NCBI GenBank assembly: GCA_012521185.1
Contig: JAAYMV010000116.1
Coordinates: forward strand, 107 to 64,106
DNA length: 64,000 nt
Reading direction: 5' to 3'
DNA from: Bacillota bacterium
GTDB lineage: Bacteria; Bacillota; Limnochordia; Darwinibacteriales; DTU012
The position numbers and the translations under genes were made by a program. Below the pieces are notes generated by a model. It had not been told where the DNA came from and did no database searches. It was given only the letters and a program-made list of their open reading frames with translations. This document shows, one piece after another, positions 62,113-64,000 of this stretch (position 1 is its first letter; every line of letters starts with the position of its first letter).

Positions 62113-63201
62113 GTGCCATTTATTAATTATGGGGGTGTTTTCATGCCCACTACGCAGGTAAATTCTAAGTTCAGACAGGTAATTAATAAGCGGACCGCCT
62201 TACTCATGGTCCGCTTTCTGATCATATGTTTTGTCTTAGGATTTTGTCTTGGGTCATTATTAATAATTATTGCTGTAGAGCCAGCCAGCCAAAACCCAAA
62301 TGTTGAAGAACAACTAATTACCATTGTGCCGGGAATGTCTGGTAGGGATGTGACTCAGCTGTTGTATGAGCAGCAGTTGATTAAGCGGCCTAATTTGTTT
62401 CATGGGCTGTTACGGCTGACAAAAGCTGATCAACGTTTGAAAGCTGGGGAATATTTGTTAAGTGCTTCTATGCGCCCCCTACAGATTATTGGCCGATTAA
62501 ATGCTGGTAATATTGTTACTCATAAGGTAATGATTCCTGAAGGGTATCAAATTAAAGAAATTGCTGCTTTATTAGCTGAAGCTGGCTTTGTTGATGAAAA
62601 TCGCTTTTTAACCTTGGCGTATAACGCCACTTTAGTTTATGGAGATCAGCCTCCTTTAGATTTGCCTATAGAGTCACTAGAAGGGTATCTGTTTCCTGAT
62701 ACCTATCGATTTGCTAAAGGGCAATCAGAAGAATCGATTATCAAGCATATGGTGGATCGGTTTATTACTGTGGTAACTCCTGTAATTGAACCTTACCTTG
62801 ATCAAACAGACTTGACATTACACGAAGTAGTTACACTAGCCTCAATTGTAGAGAAAGAAGTTGTAGTTGATGAGGAACGGCCAATTGTTGCTGGAGTTTA
62901 CTTAAACCGATTAAGGATTAATATGCCATTACAAGCAGATCCAACAGTTCGTTATGTGATGACAGAAAATCGGAGTCGCGTTTTGTATCGGGATTTAGAG
63001 ATAGATTCACCTTATAACACTTATATGTATAATAAATTACCACCTGGACCCATAGCTAGTCCAGGGTTAAGTTCAATTCTTGCAGTTTTAGAGCCAGCAG
63101 ATGTGGACTATTTATATTTTGTTGCTCGTGGCGATGGTACACATCAGTTTTCTAAAACTTATAATGAGCATCTTCAAGCGCGTAAAGAATTAGGTTATTA
63201 G
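62113..63201 (+). CDS. mltG: endolytic murein transglycosylase MltG (YceG family)
   Basis: N-terminal TM and a YceG domain. The start may be Met11 (62143). Confidence 0.85.
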   Translation: MPFINYGGVFMPTTQVNSKFRQVINKRTALLMVRFLIICFVLGFCLGSLLIIIAVEPASQNPNVEEQLITIVPGMSGRDVTQLLYEQQLIKRPNLFHGLLRLTKADQRLKAGEYLLSASMRPLQIIGRLNAGNIVTHKVMIPEGYQIKEIAALLAEAGFVDENRFLTLAYNATLVYGDQPPLDLPIESLEGYLFPDTYRFAKGQSEESIIKHMVDRFITVVTPVIEPYLDQTDLTLHEVVTLASIVEKEVVVDEERPIVAGVYLNRLRINMPLQADPTVRYVMTENRSRVLYRDLEIDSPYNTYMYNKLPPGPIASPGLSSILAVLEPADVDYLYFVARGDGTHQFSKTYNEHLQARKELGY

Positions 63202-63215
63202 GAGGGATAGTTTAA

Positions 63216-64000
63216 GTGAAGATTCCAGAATTACTGGCACCTGCTGGCAATATGGAAAAGGCTAAAGTTGCTATAGAATATGGAGCAGATGCTATTTATT
63301 TAGCCGGCAATCAGTTTGGGATGCGAGCTGGCGCAGGAAATTTTGATGAAGAAGATTTGAAATATATTATTCAGTACGCTCATGACCGTGGAGTGATGGT
63401 GTATGTGACCGTCAATATAATTCCCCACAATAATGATTTACAAGGTATTCCTGAGTATATTGAGTTTTTAGATTCCATTGGAGCAGATGCGATTATTGTT
63501 GCTGATCCTGGAGTGGTAAGCATAGCACAACAAGTAGCACCAAACTTAGCTCTGCATTTAAGTACTCAAGCTAATACTACTAATTGGAGATCAGCAAAGT
63601 TTTGGGCTGATTTAGGAATTAGTCGTTTAGTTATGGCCCGGGAAATAAACCGGGAAGATATTGAATTAATTCGTCAGAAAGTGGATGCGGAAATTGAAGT
63701 CTTTGTACATGGATCCATGTGCATGGCTTATTCAGGTCGATGCCTCATTAGTCATGTAATGACAGGTAGAGATGCTAACCGTGGTCAATGTACTCAAAGT
63801 TGTCGCTGGCGTTATGCTGTAGTCGAACAGAATCGTCCTGGAGAGTATTTCCCAATTGAAGAAACTAAAGAAGGCACTTACCTGTTTAACTCAAAAGATT
63901 TGTGTTTAATCGAATACATTCCAGATTTAGTAAGAATTGGCGTTGACAGTCTAAAAATTGAAGGTAGAATGAAAAGTGCTTTCTATGTGGGAACGGTGGT
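63216..64000 (+). CDS. peptidase U32 family protein (YrrO/YhbU-like), 3' end truncated by window edge
   Basis: GTG start after AGGAGGG. The N-terminus LLAPAGNMEKAKVAIEYGADAIYLAGNQFGMRA is typical of U32 peptidases. Confidence 0.7.
   Translation, partial: MKIPELLAPAGNMEKAKVAIEYGADAIYLAGNQFGMRAGAGNFDEEDLKYIIQYAHDRGVMVYVTVNIIPHNNDLQGIPEYIEFLDSIGADAIIVADPGVVSIAQQVAPNLALHLSTQANTTNWRSAKFWADLGISRLVMAREINREDIELIRQKVDAEIEVFVHGSMCMAYSGRCLISHVMTGRDANRGQCTQSCRWRYAVVEQNRPGEYFPIEETKEGTYLFNSKDLCLIEYIPDLVRIGVDSLKIEGRMKSAFYVGTV

Overview
This window is a 64-kb core-genome stretch from a low-GC, endospore-forming Firmicute. The 5' half follows the Bacillus subtilis comEC-to-era order: comEC, holA, rpsT, gpr, spoIIP, lepA, hemW, hrcA-grpE-dnaK-dnaJ, prmA, rsmE, mtaB, rpsU, nfeD-floA, yqfC-yqfD, phoH, pgpH, ybeY, dgkA, cdd, era. 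The 3' half follows the queA-to-mltG order: queA-tgt-yajC-secDF, recJ-apt-relA-dtd, hisS-aspS, tcdA-rarA-iscRSU, alaS-ireB-ruvX-mltG. The organism is probably an anaerobe, judging from feoAB, radical-SAM enzymes and an aldo/keto-reductase-ferredoxin fusion. About 75 CDS lie almost all on the + strand and are densely packed. I saw no rRNA, tRNA, CRISPR array, IS element or prophage, and no convincing multi-gene defence or secondary-metabolite system. The parts most worth a second look are small accessory insertions and unusual architectures inside this conserved backbone. (1) Three genes inserted between yajC and secD: a secreted protein, a standalone PPM phosphatase and a very small P-loop protein. 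(2) Two genes inserted between ireB and ruvX: a membrane-anchored protein of unknown function and an AKR-ferredoxin. (3) A probable 6S RNA in the aspS-tcdA gap, a position that matches the Bacillus 6S-1 locus. (4) A DgkA-PAP2 fusion. (5) hisS-aspS and alaS carry plain sigma-A promoters and no T-box leaders. (6) sigI-rsgI sits where recO normally follows era. (7) A structured AT-rich element lies between gerM and feoB. Every call rests on reading the sequence and the ORF translations by eye; no database searches or structure computations were run.
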